From: Cirrosporium novae-zelandiae
Lineage: Eukaryota
Assembly (NCBI GenBank): GCA_026023565.1
Contig: JAPETS010000038.1
Coordinates: 1-64,000 of the forward strand
Reading direction: 5' to 3'
Length of the DNA stretch: 64,000 nt
Part shown: piece by piece, positions 41,746-53,930 of the stretch
How the letters are laid out: each line of letters opens with the position of its first letter
How positions within the stretch are numbered: the first letter of the stretch is position 1
Notes under the pieces: model-generated
Told to the model about the DNA's origin: nothing
Database searches by the model: none
What the model saw: the letters and a program-made list of their open reading frames with translations, nothing else
Position numbers and translations under genes: made by a program

Positions 41746-42285
41746 CCTTTGGGTTGTATAAGGTGGAACGAGAGAGAGAAGATGGGGGCGAATGAGAAGG
41801 AGTATTTGTTTATTTGTGGCGTTGTTGGTTCTTTCTACTGAGCTATACCCCCTTAAGGCCCTCTCTATACATACGGCTTTATTAAAAGGATGGATGGGTG
41901 GTTTTGAAGTAAAGATATCCACTATGAGTTATAGAAGCACAAGAAGAAATATCAAGAAGTATTTCTAAAAATTTAAATCTCTTTTTGGGCTAAAAAAGAA
42001 GGACGTGAAATACCGGCTGAGTTTAATAGCAAAATATGTTAATGATATTTGGCTATAGATATGGATATAGAGTAGACAGATGGATACTTAGGTAGATATG
42101 TTTGATATCTTCTTAGTCTGGTCTAGTCTAGTCTAGTTTAGTTTGGTTTGGTTTGGCTGTCCTTATCTACTTAAGTATCTATTTGTTCCTAGGTCTTTCT
42201 ATCTATCTATCCATCTATCGTCCGGAAATATAGGTATAGGTATATATAACGCTTAGATGGTGCAAAAACCAACCAAACCAAACCC

Positions 42286-44252
42286 TTAAAAATCCACAAC
42301 CCCCTCCCTGCCCCCGGCCCTCTCTCTACCTCCCTCCCTCCCACCAAACTCAGGCACAAACGTCCCATGAAACCCAAACGCAACAGCCCACTCGCACTCT
42401 GCCCTTCCCACCTCCCTCATAGTCTTGGCGTCCAAACATAACAGGTAACTTGTGCCCTTGTTTCCATCTAGGACTACGCTTAATAGGATTCCGTCGTCTT
42501 CTTCCGTTTCCATTTCCCCTTTCTTATCCTCACACTTCCCAGATCTGGGCCTCGGAATAAAAATCGCCTCACCGGGACTCTGAGCATGTTCTCGCCAGAT
42601 GAGCGGAGTCGGGTTTGTGGGATTGGTGGTGTCGAGTTTCACAAGCCCGTCTACGAAGGTGGAGTGTGTGAATTGGGTTATTCCGTAGATGTAGCGGTGG
42701 GGGCGGGTGAGATAGGTTGGGTTTATGATTGCGAGTTCGGGGGATTGGAGGGGTGTGGGGGTTGTGAAGTCGGTTGTTGTGGCTGTAGTGGTTATGATTA
42801 TGGGTATTGGTGTGGTGGTGGGGTTTTTGGTGGGGGATGGAAAGGGGATGTTTGGGAGACGGTAGCGGCGGATTTGGGCGGCCGTGTTGGGGTTTGGAGG
42901 GGAGGAGGGGATTGCCGCTGGAGAGTTGGAGAGGAGGTTTTCGTAGTACATGGAGGTGATTATTTCGGTGGTGTTGTAGGCGGTTACGTCCGCGACGATA
43001 TCAATTGAGGAGGAGGAAGGGGTTGAGGTATTATTGGGGTTGCGGTTGGGTTCTTCAAATGCGTTGATGCTGTGGAAGGCGAAGAAGGCGGGACTCTCGA
43101 ATTTTGATACTAGTCCGCAGCCTGATGGTGTGCGGTCTACCACGAACCATTCTGCCTTTGCTGTGGGGTCGAAGTCTGATATCGCGTCGATGATATTTCG
43201 GGTGTGGAGCATCTTGGCGCCGTTGAGGGCGAGGTGGGCCGGCCAGACGCATAGAATCACGTGGTTTGCGGTGAGGAATATGGAGTGGATGTATGCGGCG
43301 GGCGCGTGGAATGTTGCGAGGATGGAGGTAGTGCCTGTGGATGCCGAAACGTGAAAGAGGCGATATGTGGGGTTGGCGCCGAGGTCTAGATTGTAGTTGT
43401 AGACGTCGCCGGTGATGGGGTCAGATTTGGCGTGAGTGCCTGAGAGGGGACCTGTCAGGTCGGGGTGAAGAACTGATTGATCGCAGAGGCCCACGGGAGC
43501 GAGGGTTTCTGGATCGAGGAGCTGGAAGCCGTTGCGGTCTGTTTTGTTGCAGATGGTGCGGATAGGGGTGTTGTGGCGGACAGCCCCGTCCGCGTTAGAG
43601 GGTTTTAGGGTGTCTTTGAATTCTGGGAGACCGGGAAAGTTAACAGAGATAGTGACGCCCATGTTTCTGGAGTCGGGGGTTTGAATGTTGGAATCTGCGG
43701 GCTCGAAAGTAGACATGACTTTCTTGAAGAGATTTTGGCAGGGGTCGTATTTACGGCCAAAGGTAAAGCCGTCGAGTTTTCCAGTTTTACGAATCTTCTC
43801 GATCAAGCCGTCGCATGTCCGGCGAGAGTTGTAGAGGATACGAACTGGGGAATCCGCGTCGGGGGAGCCTGCAGGGAGGATCTGGAAACGGTGGACTTGG
43901 CTGAAGCCATCGAACCAGTGGCCGGACTTGTACGCTGTGCCTTGGTCGGTGGTGACGCTGCGGTGACCAGGGCCGGTGCGATAAAGGGTCCCGCAGGCCC
44001 ATTCTGGGATGTTTCCAGTCACTTTGAGTTCGACAGGATTGCGCTCTTCATGGAAAACATCAAACTATGGGGATAGGATCAATGTCGGATTACAGAGTTG
44101 ATAAAGCAGCTTGGACTTACGCCAGCATCATTGGGCCAATTGTTGAAGTGCTGATATTCAGTGCTGGCAGCTATTTCTGGCATTTCGGGGACAGAGGGGT
44201 ATGTGGACGATTCCTCAAGCTGGGGCTTGGGGGAAAGAGCAGTAGTGGCCAT
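42286..44252 (-). CDS. Carotenoid oxygenase / RPE65-family dioxygenase, 2 exons
   Basis: GTLYRTGPG and HWFDG are present, plus four Fe-ligand His (GTHAK, YIHSI, FHSIN, FGFHG) and EAIFIPR...EDDG. The first exon is MATTAL...WPNDAG, with an intron at ~44065-44120. Confidence 0.92.
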
Positions 44253-44953
44253 TGGATATATATAAGAACAACGATATCAATCACGTTAGGGGAATTGAAG
44301 CAGGAAAATATTTGTAGGCGAATTTCTTCTAAGACTTGATGAACAAATGTTGGATATCATAAAAAAGTATTGAACTAGGAAATAGATATTGAACAGATAT
44401 TTATATTCTTTCAAAAATATACGAGGAAAACAGCAAGATAAGTCCTTCGGATGTATATTTAATCCTTGATAATAAGACATGTGAGAGAAAGACGGAGAAG
44501 GGGGTAATCTATTAATATGACCCCTCTTTTCGATGTAATCCCAAGAGGTTAGAGGGATTTCCCCCTCGGACATTGGCTAGCCATGACTAGGAGGCCAGGA
44601 CGCGTGCGGCTGTTGTAGATGGAAGGAAGACAACGGTGATATGTTTAGGGTTTGGCAAATTCTGGAATCACTTGACCCTCGTCACCCTCGCTTATACCAA
44701 GTTTTAATTGGCTGAAATCTCTCGGTAAATCAGTTCCTTTGGTTCCTTTGGTTCCCCCTTGGATTTTAGCTTCATGTCCTTTCGGCTCTTAGAACTCACA
44801 CAAAACTTCCCACTTCTACCCTTCGTTCTTCCTATATTGATAATACATCAAAAAAACCATGAATAAACTAATTGCCCTCATGTTATTGATGGTGATAAAT
44901 CCAATCCTCAGCTCCATTGTTGCTATTAAAGTAAAGTGGATTCTAGAAACATA

Positions 44954-46114
44954 TCACTTCGCCAAAGAACACACCCACCCTTTCCCCTTGGCATTGATCG
45001 CCTGATACTCCTTCCAATCGTCAAGCTCATCAGACATTGGATGTCTCATTGCTTCCTTCATGCTTGGCTGACCTGGCTCTCTTTTTAATTCAAAAACATA
45101 CTCCATATTGTCTTCGTCTTGGTTTTCGTGGCAGCGAAGTTTCACACTATGTCCCGAAATTCGATATCTGTATAAGCTTTATTAGCAAGCAAATATATAA
45201 CCTTGTAGGCTTCTTCGATATTCTTACAGGCCATCATATCTGACTCCACAAGCTGGAGCAAACTTGGAGCCAAGTTTGGACGTTCGAAGGATGCGGACAC
45301 TCCGTCTGTTAACTAGATTATGCATCACGCGAAAGACCCCTTTGGTCTTATTCGAGCTGTGGTAATAGATGGTACCGCCGCCTTTATCGTCAATCTCGTT
45401 AAGTGTACCTTTCAGTACAATAGCATATGCATTTATGGAATCATGAGTGATGTCGTTAGTTGAGTTGTCGATAATTCCGTCACGGAAGGCAGCAGCTTGC
45501 TTGATCCACCATCTATTTAATCAGCGTCATGCTCGAGCCTCGCATATGAAACTATGGCTTGCTGCAAGCACTAGAAAAAACCAAACATTGAAAATAACTT
45601 ACTGTCCAACCTGAAACCCATTATGACCGAAGACATAAGCGTTCGTGGGGTCTGCAGACTTTACTATCCACCTTGAACTGCTTCTGTGCCTTGCTAATTG
45701 CCCTTCTTCTTTCTCTGCATTAGCACCGTCATATTTCTCAGTACTGGTTTTGCAACACCCTTCCATCCTCCCCCCCGGCTCCCATAGGTTGGATTGGATA
45801 AGAGATAGAGGGCCAAGATTTTCCTCCCACTCTGAAAGAATATGTTGTGCATTCTTGACAATCTCCAGACTCCAGTGCCGATGACTATTGCAGATTTCTT
45901 CTAATGCATTGTGGATCCGAGAATAACTGAGCATGTGCACGGTAACCTTTGATACCTCAAGCTTCTGTAAAAACTCAGATAGACGGTTAATGGAATGCCC
46001 ACTTAGGTAATTAAATCCGCCCTGTATGACCTGTGGAAGAATAACATCTCGAAGATAGCGAGTATTATAGCGTAATTCCTGCTTGCTAAAAGTGATTAGC
46101 TTGGTTTGAGACAT
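44954..46114 (-). CDS. SRA-YDG domain protein with N-terminal TFIIS-N-like helical region, at least 3 exons (start uncertain)
   Basis: The spliced reading is FGHNGFQVGQ|WWIKQAAAFRDG...AYAIVLKG...SVRILRTSKLGSKFAPACGVRYDGL|YRISG...VFELKREPGQP. The middle exon (~45229-45512) is not in the ORF track. Confidence 0.8.
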
Positions 46115-47412
46115 ATCGATGAATCCTCAATGAGCTGCAAGTTATCGCTGATAGTCTGATGTCTCAAGTTTAGTCAATGGAGTGGTTCAATTACATGAGA
46201 AACTAACTCCAAGTACTTGGACTAGATTTGCAAGGATAGTATTCTCTCGTTAAATAAAATCCAAAATATAAATTAGACAAGAGCGGATAGAGAACATCTT
46301 AACTCGACAACTGCGGCGATTGGGAAAGTGAATGTGGTTGGAACCAGCGATGTTCATTCACTTAAGCATGGGCAATTCACACCTATCGCTCGAAACAGGA
46401 AAATACTGACATAACACGATTCCATCCTTCCCATGGTTCAGCCAGAGTTATATTTGTGCAAATCGCCACATATCACATGGACGTGAATGGTTGGCGACAT
46501 TGATTGCGCTCCCCTTACTTGAGGCAACATGATGTTATTTACCACTTGAATATTGATAAACTCGTCGATTATTTGATGCGATCTATCCACGACTGATGTT
46601 TTAGAACCCTTACTCCTAATCCCCCAGATGAAAAACCATGGGAGAGCTCGGGGGCAACATTAGCCATTTATTCTCATCGATTCCGGTCGAACCTCTTAAT
46701 TTCTTATACCTTCGAATAGAATTTGGGCAACTCGAGGAATGAGAAGGAATAGGATTTGGCTTCGGCGATATCTATATAGCTTCGGCGACACAGTCATTAT
46801 TTTTGCTTTCATATATATTTTCTAGGCATCAATGGGAATTAATTGGCTAAATGGCAGGTGAGATGTGAAGCACCAACTCTTCCCCCACATTTCACGTCGG
46901 TCTGAAGTGAAGCATATGTTTGTTGCTTCGTGAAAAAATAAATAGACTGAAGCATGGGCCAGAACGCGTTCTCCTACTTTTAATACTTAACACGGGTAAA
47001 ACGGCATGAACGCGTCATGGGGTTTTTTTGGTTAAGCCATATCAAGATTAACTATTGGCTGAATAGGTCATGTACTTGGATAAACATACGTACTAACCAT
47101 TATTGAGATGGAAAAACGAGGATCCGAAGAGTAGAAACACGAATTGTATTCTCAATCAAAGTCCAAGAAAGTCAAGCTTTTTCATGCCGGAGAAGGAACT
47201 AATGCAGAGTCAACGGAGTTATATCCACGCTACTAGTTATAACCGAAACTACCCACTATCACCGCCACGCCAATGACTCTTTGCTTCAATTGCCTGTAGC
47301 AATGCATAGTACATAGATATCGCTAGACCTTAATCCTGACAATTCTTGAAGCTATATATTCTCACCATGATTTCCATTTCTCATCATAACCAACAAAGCT
47401 CATATCAACATC

Positions 47413-49174
47413 ATGTCATCTACTTACGAGATATCGGATAAGGCTGCCGAAGTAGATGCAGAGAAATTAGCCAGCAAGACGGACTCATCATCTCCTGCCA
47501 CAAATGCTGCTTTCAATGACGAAGGACAGGAGTATGCAAACGAAGAAGGGGAACGACCTGAACCCGAGCCCCTTACCAGTACAAATCCCGAACAACCTCT
47601 AGAGTATACTGCGTTTTCGAAGAATGAAGTGAGATTTATCGTCTTCATGTGCTCATGGGCAGGTTTCTTTTCTCCGGTATCTGCCAACATATACTTTCCT
47701 GCTCTTGAGACATTGGCCCAATTCCTCCATGTTTCAGACTCCTTGATTAATTTGACAATTACTTCCTACATGGTATGAAAACCCCACAATCACGTCAAGA
47801 AACATGTATTCTAACTGCTCCAAGATATTCCAAGGCTTAGCCCCGACAATTATTGGTAGTCTCTCAGATTCAAATGGCCGAAGACCTGCGTATATGATCT
47901 GTTTCACAATCTATATTGGTGCCAACATAGGGTTAGCCTTGCAGAGTAACTATGCGGCTTTGCTTGTGCTACGTATGGTCCAGAGCGCTGGCAGCAGTGG
48001 AACCGTTGCATTGGCAAGCGCTGTTGTCGCGGATGTCTCTACATCATCACAACGGGGCATGTATATGGGCCTTGCTACAGCTGGTGCTCTCCTAGGCCCA
48101 TCCATAGGTCCTATTGTTGGAGGCTTGCTTTGTGAATTTCTTGGATGGAGGTCTGTTTTTTGGTTTCTAACCATCTTCGCTGGTTGTTTCTTGGTACCAT
48201 TCATCTTATTCTACCCAGAGACAGGGCGCAGAGTTGTTGGAAATGGATCTATCCCTCCCCAAGGCTGGAACATGTCAGTTATGAACTATCTTAAAGTCCG
48301 GAAACAAACCCGAGAAGCGGGGAATGATCCAACTGTTCTATTTGCTAAACGACAAATGCTTGCACGCCAGCGCAGATTTCGTTTTCCAAATCCTTTCTTG
48401 GTACTTCGTATCGTTTTTGAGTTGGAGGTTGGTCTCGTCCTGCTTTTCAACGCCTTGTTATTTTGCGCAATGTACGATGTTACAAGTGGAATCCCATCTC
48501 AGTATGCCGAAATATATGGCTTCAATGACCTCCAGATCGGTCTATCGTATATACCACTTGGTGTTGGAGCATCTATTGCAGCGATTATCAATGGTAAGCT
48601 CGTTGATCGAAACTACCGAAGACTTGCTAAGAAACACGGGATGCCACTCATTCGAAATCGACACCAGGATCTTCGAAACTTCCCTATCGAGGCATGCCGT
48701 ATCCAAATAGTGTTTCCAATGCTTTTTCTTGGTAGTGCTGCATTGATCGCATATGGCTGGGTTCTGGATTATGAAACTTCTCTCGCAGGACCTTTGGTTC
48801 TTCTCTTCTTTCTCGGATACTGCCTCGCAGGGGCCTTCAATGTCCTAAGCACCCTGACGGTTGATCTTTATCCTCAGGCACCAGCCACAGTCACTGCTGC
48901 GAATAATCTAGTAAGATGTTTACTTGGAGCGGGTGCTACGGCATTGGTTCTTCCAATGATTCATGGGATGGGTAGAGGTTGGTGTTATACATTCCTAGGA
49001 TTGGCTCTGATTGGATTGAGTCCTATTCTGCTGGCAGTAATAAAATGGGGACCAAAGTGGCGCGAGGAGAAGAGAATAAAAGATGAAGAAAAGCAAGCCA
49101 AACGGGATGCACGCGACGAGGAGGCGAAAAGACGCGAGGTGGTAGAAAATGGGAGTGTGGAAGAAAAGAATTGA
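47413..49174 (+). CDS. MFS drug:H+ antiporter (DHA1, QDR-like), 2 exons
   Basis: FFSPVSANIYFPAL, motif A (GSLSDSNGRRP), GPSIGPIVGG, WRSVFW and PET; about 12 TM segments. Intron ~47773-47825. Confidence 0.92.
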
Positions 49175-49814
49175 TGACGGTCCTTGACGGTCACGTTTAT
49201 CTATTAAAACTTGTTGACTGTTTCTCGATTGTAAAGGTTATTGTATTATATATACCCATATATAGATTTAGGGCTTTGGAGAAGAGGCAATTAATTAATT
49301 AAAAACATTTTTAGGATATTGGTGGTTTCTCTGTGAATTAATTACTGACGTCATGGGGATTGAAGCGCCGGTGAGCGGGTCCAAGATCATCCAAGAATTA
49401 TCTCTCCGCGCTTCCTTAGCCACATCTTCCCGTCCTTCAAGTCTCAAGTTGCACTTTCCCATTGGTACAACAATATGGTTTCAACTTCAAATCCTGTTCC
49501 TGAAGTCTTTGGTCCCTGATCCCAAGGACAGCCCCAAGGCAATGCTCTCATTGCTGTCCTCTCATCTGACGTTAAGCCGTCACCTAGCTTGACATCTTTC
49601 TAGTCGCTTCAGTCTTTCCTTTCTTGGCGCTTCTGAGTCGCCATATTCTTCCATGCTACATATGATTGAGATGCTGGACACCTCTTTTTAATCCTCTGTG
49701 GGCAACTTACAAATTTACCCAGTATACACTTCGGTCCTTCTTTAGAGCTCCATATTCCTTCTCAGATTCAGAACCCTTGCGATAAACATCCTCCTCTAAA
49801 CCGTGCCCTTTATC

Positions 49815-51169
49815 ATGCCCCCTCCTATGACCTTATCAGATCGCCCACGATGGCGAAATCAGGTGTGCCTATACCTTTTGTCCTTCTTGTTATTGTCGAA
49901 CTGCTCTATAACCGATGCCTTACACCATATGAAACGAGACCGCGTTCACTGGGTCAATCGAAGAGCTAGCGACAAGCCATTGAACATAATAAACCAATGC
50001 AGAGAAACAATATATCCTGGTATCCTTACCAATTCAGGTACTGGGCCAGGTACCGGTGGTTTTAAACTTGAGGCAGGGGGCGTCAATAATTTATCTGTCA
50101 GTGCGGACTGGTCAGGCAGAGTTTGGGGTCGAACAAATTGCAGTTTCAATGCCAATGGGACTGGGGCTTCGAATAGTGGTCTGAATGGTGGAGGCCAAGC
50201 GTGTACGACTGGTGACTGTGGTGGTGTTGTAGATTGTCAAGGAACAGTTAGTCTTTATACGGTGGCAGATGTCTAATATTCAATCTGATTTTAGGGCAGG
50301 GGAATCTACCAACTACAATCGCCGAGTTTACACTCGAATCTGATACCGGACAAAGTTTTTATGATATATCGCTTGTTGATGGATACAATCTTCCCCTAGG
50401 AATCGTATCATTGCACACGGAATCTGGCAATTCGTCAATTACGGATATCCCACCCAATCTTACTAACCCAGTGTGCATTGCTACTGTTTCTCAACTTGAA
50501 CCTCAGGGGTCTGAGGAGGACGCTACTCTAGGAACGAACAGTTCTTATCCACTTCCCTTGGACCAAACAGTCACCTTTAGTACTGTGGAGAGTTGGTGCC
50601 CTTGGGATTTGCAATTAGACCCACCAGACAAGCCAGGAGATGGGGTTTACCCCTATCCAGATGATGATATTCAGAGACCACTGTTTGATCCGTGCTATTC
50701 GGCATGTGCATACTACAAGTCTGACGCAGACTGCTGTACTGGATCTCATAACTCCGCCAGTAAATGTTCACCTAGTGAATATAGCAAATCTGCCAAGAAC
50801 GTTTGTCCTGACTGCTACAGCTATGGTAATTTAACTCTCTCTAATAGCTTGCTAGCTGAGCTGATGTTTCGTGATATAGCATACGATGACCAAACATCCA
50901 CATTCATCATTCCCTCGGGAGGCGGGTTCGAAATCATATTTTGCGCTGAAGGCCGATCAACGAACATTCTTGCAACCTTTGGCGATGAGCTTCGAGCGAT
51001 TGCAGCCGGTGCAACAGTTTCCGCCCAATTAAGAAAAGAGTTGCAGAATGCCACCGTGATTGAACAAAATAATACTCGATCCTCGGCTGACGGAAGAGTG
51101 ATGTTGATGGGGAATAGTTGGATGGCAATGGCTGTTGCTATGGGAGTTGCGGTGGGAATGTCTGTGATG

Positions 51170-51175
<6 letters not shown>
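49815..51175 (+). CDS. Thaumatin-like protein, probably secreted and GPI-anchored, multi-exon
   Basis: WSGRVWGRTNC, CTTGDCGG, AEFTL, FYDISLVDGYNLP, CPDCYSY|AYDDQTSTF and a hydrophobic C-terminal tail. Confidence 0.92.
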
Positions 51176-51203
<28 letters not shown>

Positions 51204-51623
51204 AAAGTCTGGATTGGACTATATCGATCGGATTGGTCACGACGGAATGGAGTGACCTTGCATTGGATGTTGTCTAAATTCTTCGGTTTGGTCGACCCTT
51301 CTTTACACCCATTGCTACATCTATTTTGAGGGGAGGGGGAAGGGGTGGCTTGATTGAAGGAGGGTCATGATTATTAGTGGCCTACGATGGGATGGGGGCA
51401 TTTTGTTGAGATGGAGATACCCAGGCGCGCCGTGTAATGAGTTAATGACGTTTCTATTTTTATATTTTTTGGTTGGAGAGAAATCCCAATTCAGTATTAT
51501 GAACTTATGAGGCATTTATTCCATATATTAGCGAATAGAAAACCCGGAAGTTATATTTTTATAATATATGTGTGTAGATACATCACACAATACCTACCTA
51601 CCACCTACCACTTACACTTACAC

Positions 51624-53930
51624 TCACATCAAAGCCAACTCAACAAGCACGGTCCGTCCCATTTTTTCACCACCACCACCTCTACCCCCTACATCCCCAA
51701 GAAGAAATCTCGCTTTCCTCCCCTCCCAACATACCCGAAATGTCCGTTCGCATCCTGGTTCTAGATCCCGACAGTCGTTTACGCCATCGCCTAATAAGCC
51801 TCCTAATTCCCCTTCGTATCCGTATTGATCATCAGGGTCGTCATTGTTATTGGTTCTAACGTCTAGACTCTCCCTCCGCCGATCGAGCGCTCGAGCTTGG
51901 ACTGTGAAAATCCTGTTGGATGATGAAGTGGCGGTGGTGATGGGGGAGGGATAGGTACGAGGGTTAAAATCCGGATTTTTGTTATTCGAGGTTTGATCTT
52001 CGTCGTCCGATGAGGAGTACTCGACGGCGATGTCCAGAGAATTGTAGATGAATTTTGCGGCGGGATGCGTGGTTGAGACTGTTGCGGGGGCGGGGATTGA
52101 GAGGGTCGAGGAGAGGCTTAGGGTGCTGGTGGTGGCGATTGGGTGAGCATAGAAGAGGGAGGGGGATCGGCTTCGTGGGGTTGCGGTTGGGAGGGAGTAT
52201 ATTGAGGAGGAGGCTGTGGGGATTGGGAGGGTGGTTTTTGGTTGGGGTTGTTGTTGGGGGGGGGACTTTGGCGTTGGTTTTGGGAGTAAGGGCTCTTTTG
52301 AGAGGGATGAGAATGTGGCGTGTGAATGCCAGGGGTGGAGATTGTTGTTTTCGTTTTCATTTTCGTTTTCATTATCATTATCGAGTCGGCTGTAGTATCC
52401 CGAGTCGTGGCGGAGGGTTGTTGTTGGCGTAAGTGATTGAGATGAGGACGTGACGGAGGAGCGGTGGGAAAGCTTGAGGCTTGAGGGCCTTTGCCGTTGT
52501 CGTAGTCGTTGGATTCGCTGTGAGTTCTTGGATGAATGGGTTTGGGCTTGGTGGAGTGAAGGGATTTCGGCCAATGTGGATGCGGAGCCGGTCGTCACCA
52601 GGCTCTCCATCGAGTCGAAAACTTCACTTTCTTCCACCATCGGTCTGGGGGCGGAAAAGTCTTTTGATGGTGCGGAGGAAAGCCGATCGAGTTCTGTCCG
52701 CATGTCTAGTAGCACCCCTTGGATTTTGTCTCGAGTCTCGCTGTTGTATGGCACTTGCTCAATATCGGGGATGGACCAATTTTCCATCAATTTGCCGTTT
52801 GTGTTTGGGATGTAGTATTTCCGGTGTTGCTTGATGAATAAATCGCATAGGAAGCATGAGCTCTTGTTTATCCCGATGACTCTCGGTCGAGAACGCAGGA
52901 TATGCGTGCTCAGAAACGTTACCATGGTGATTTCGGGATGGACGTGGCGGTTCTGACCGGCTACCTGCATTGGCCCATAATTCGAAATTGGCGTGAACGC
53001 GAAATCTGTGAAGCTTGCCCGATAATGTCTGGCCAGTCGGCTCAGCGCCTTGCAAGCACCCCAATATCTGCTCAGCTTGTCAAGTTGCCGTATCGGCTTC
53101 ATGAATGCGGCAATATCGACATTGCGTTCCTTCAGGGCCGTTTCCAATGTTCTCCGTCTCATGAGTGTAGAAATGTTATACGCCTCTTTAGCTATCTGTC
53201 CCAGGATCTCTTGCTCTTCTTCCTCGCTCAATTTCGTAGATTCGAGGAAGATGTAGGATTCGTTGAGCCGACGGATCGCTTCGCCCAGCTGGAGTTGGCC
53301 GTTGCATGTTTTGCGGCCCAGGTCAGGTATTGGGGTGGATTCTATGAAAGTGAGCAGTTCGAAGAGGAGAGGCCGGTTTGGGCGATCCGGGTGGGGATGC
53401 TTTGAGGACTCGAGACGGGCATGGATGAGGGGAGCATGATAAGGGAGAATGAGGGAGAAAATTGCTGTGGCGGACTCGTTGCGGGAAATACTCTTGAGGG
53501 CACAAGATGAAAGAGTTTGAAGGATTGATTTGATCATGTCTTTCTGTTCCAAAGGGAAATCCTGCGTTTCAACTCCATAGAATAAAAGAGCATTCTGCTC
53601 CCTGGCTTCCTCAACCACAACTGCGTGGGTCGCACAATCCTCCCCCACTTCTCTCCCTGCCAAAAAGGCCAAGTCGCTAACCCAGGTTCGCTCATCTCCA
53701 AATTTCAAAATATTCTTGCCATCATGATTTCCACGCTCTTTCCACTGGTAATGGTGATATTTCGATTCTGATGCAGGGTAGAGGCCAGATTTAGCGGCAA
53801 TTAGCGAGATATCCCTGTAGAATTGGAGCTGGTCGATTCCCTGCCAAACGGGGGCGGTGGAAAACCAGTTGTTACGGAGGGCCTTGAAAGCACTGAGACG
53901 GGAGGTACTAGCGTGAGGTGTTCTAGACAT
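51624..53930 (-). CDS. OTT_1508-like nucleic acid/nucleotide deaminase, paralogue A
   Basis: 768-aa ORF with deaminase zinc motif RHVHPEI...RVIGINKSSCFLCDLFI...TNGKLMENWSIP and N-terminal DLAFLA...AVVVEE. Confidence 0.82.
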   Translation of the reverse strand: MSRTPHASTSRLSAFKALRNNWFSTAPVWQGIDQLQFYRDISLIAAKSGLYPASESKYHHYQWKERGNHDGKNILKFGDERTWVSDLAFLAGREVGEDCATHAVVVEEAREQNALLFYGVETQDFPLEQKDMIKSILQTLSSCALKSISRNESATAIFSLILPYHAPLIHARLESSKHPHPDRPNRPLLFELLTFIESTPIPDLGRKTCNGQLQLGEAIRRLNESYIFLESTKLSEEEEQEILGQIAKEAYNISTLMRRRTLETALKERNVDIAAFMKPIRQLDKLSRYWGACKALSRLARHYRASFTDFAFTPISNYGPMQVAGQNRHVHPEITMVTFLSTHILRSRPRVIGINKSSCFLCDLFIKQHRKYYIPNTNGKLMENWSIPDIEQVPYNSETRDKIQGVLLDMRTELDRLSSAPSKDFSAPRPMVEESEVFDSMESLVTTGSASTLAEIPSLHQAQTHSSKNSQRIQRLRQRQRPSSLKLSHRSSVTSSSQSLTPTTTLRHDSGYYSRLDNDNENENENENNNLHPWHSHATFSSLSKEPLLPKPTPKSPPQQQPQPKTTLPIPTASSSIYSLPTATPRSRSPSLFYAHPIATTSTLSLSSTLSIPAPATVSTTHPAAKFIYNSLDIAVEYSSSDDEDQTSNNKNPDFNPRTYPSPITTATSSSNRIFTVQARALDRRRESLDVRTNNNDDPDDQYGYEGELGGLLGDGVNDCRDLEPGCERTFRVCWEGRKARFLLGDVGGRGGGGEKMGRTVLVELALM

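Noticed and set aside
42586..44076. Long antisense ORFs over the carotenoid oxygenase (similar ones overlie ARL3, ATG27 and deaminase A)
   Set aside because: They are shadow frames of real genes with biased codon usage.
51173..51205. Ten in-frame TGA codons plus TAA ending the thaumatin gene
   Set aside because: This is a (TGA)n microsatellite of a type common in this window, with no evidence of function or selenocysteine recoding.
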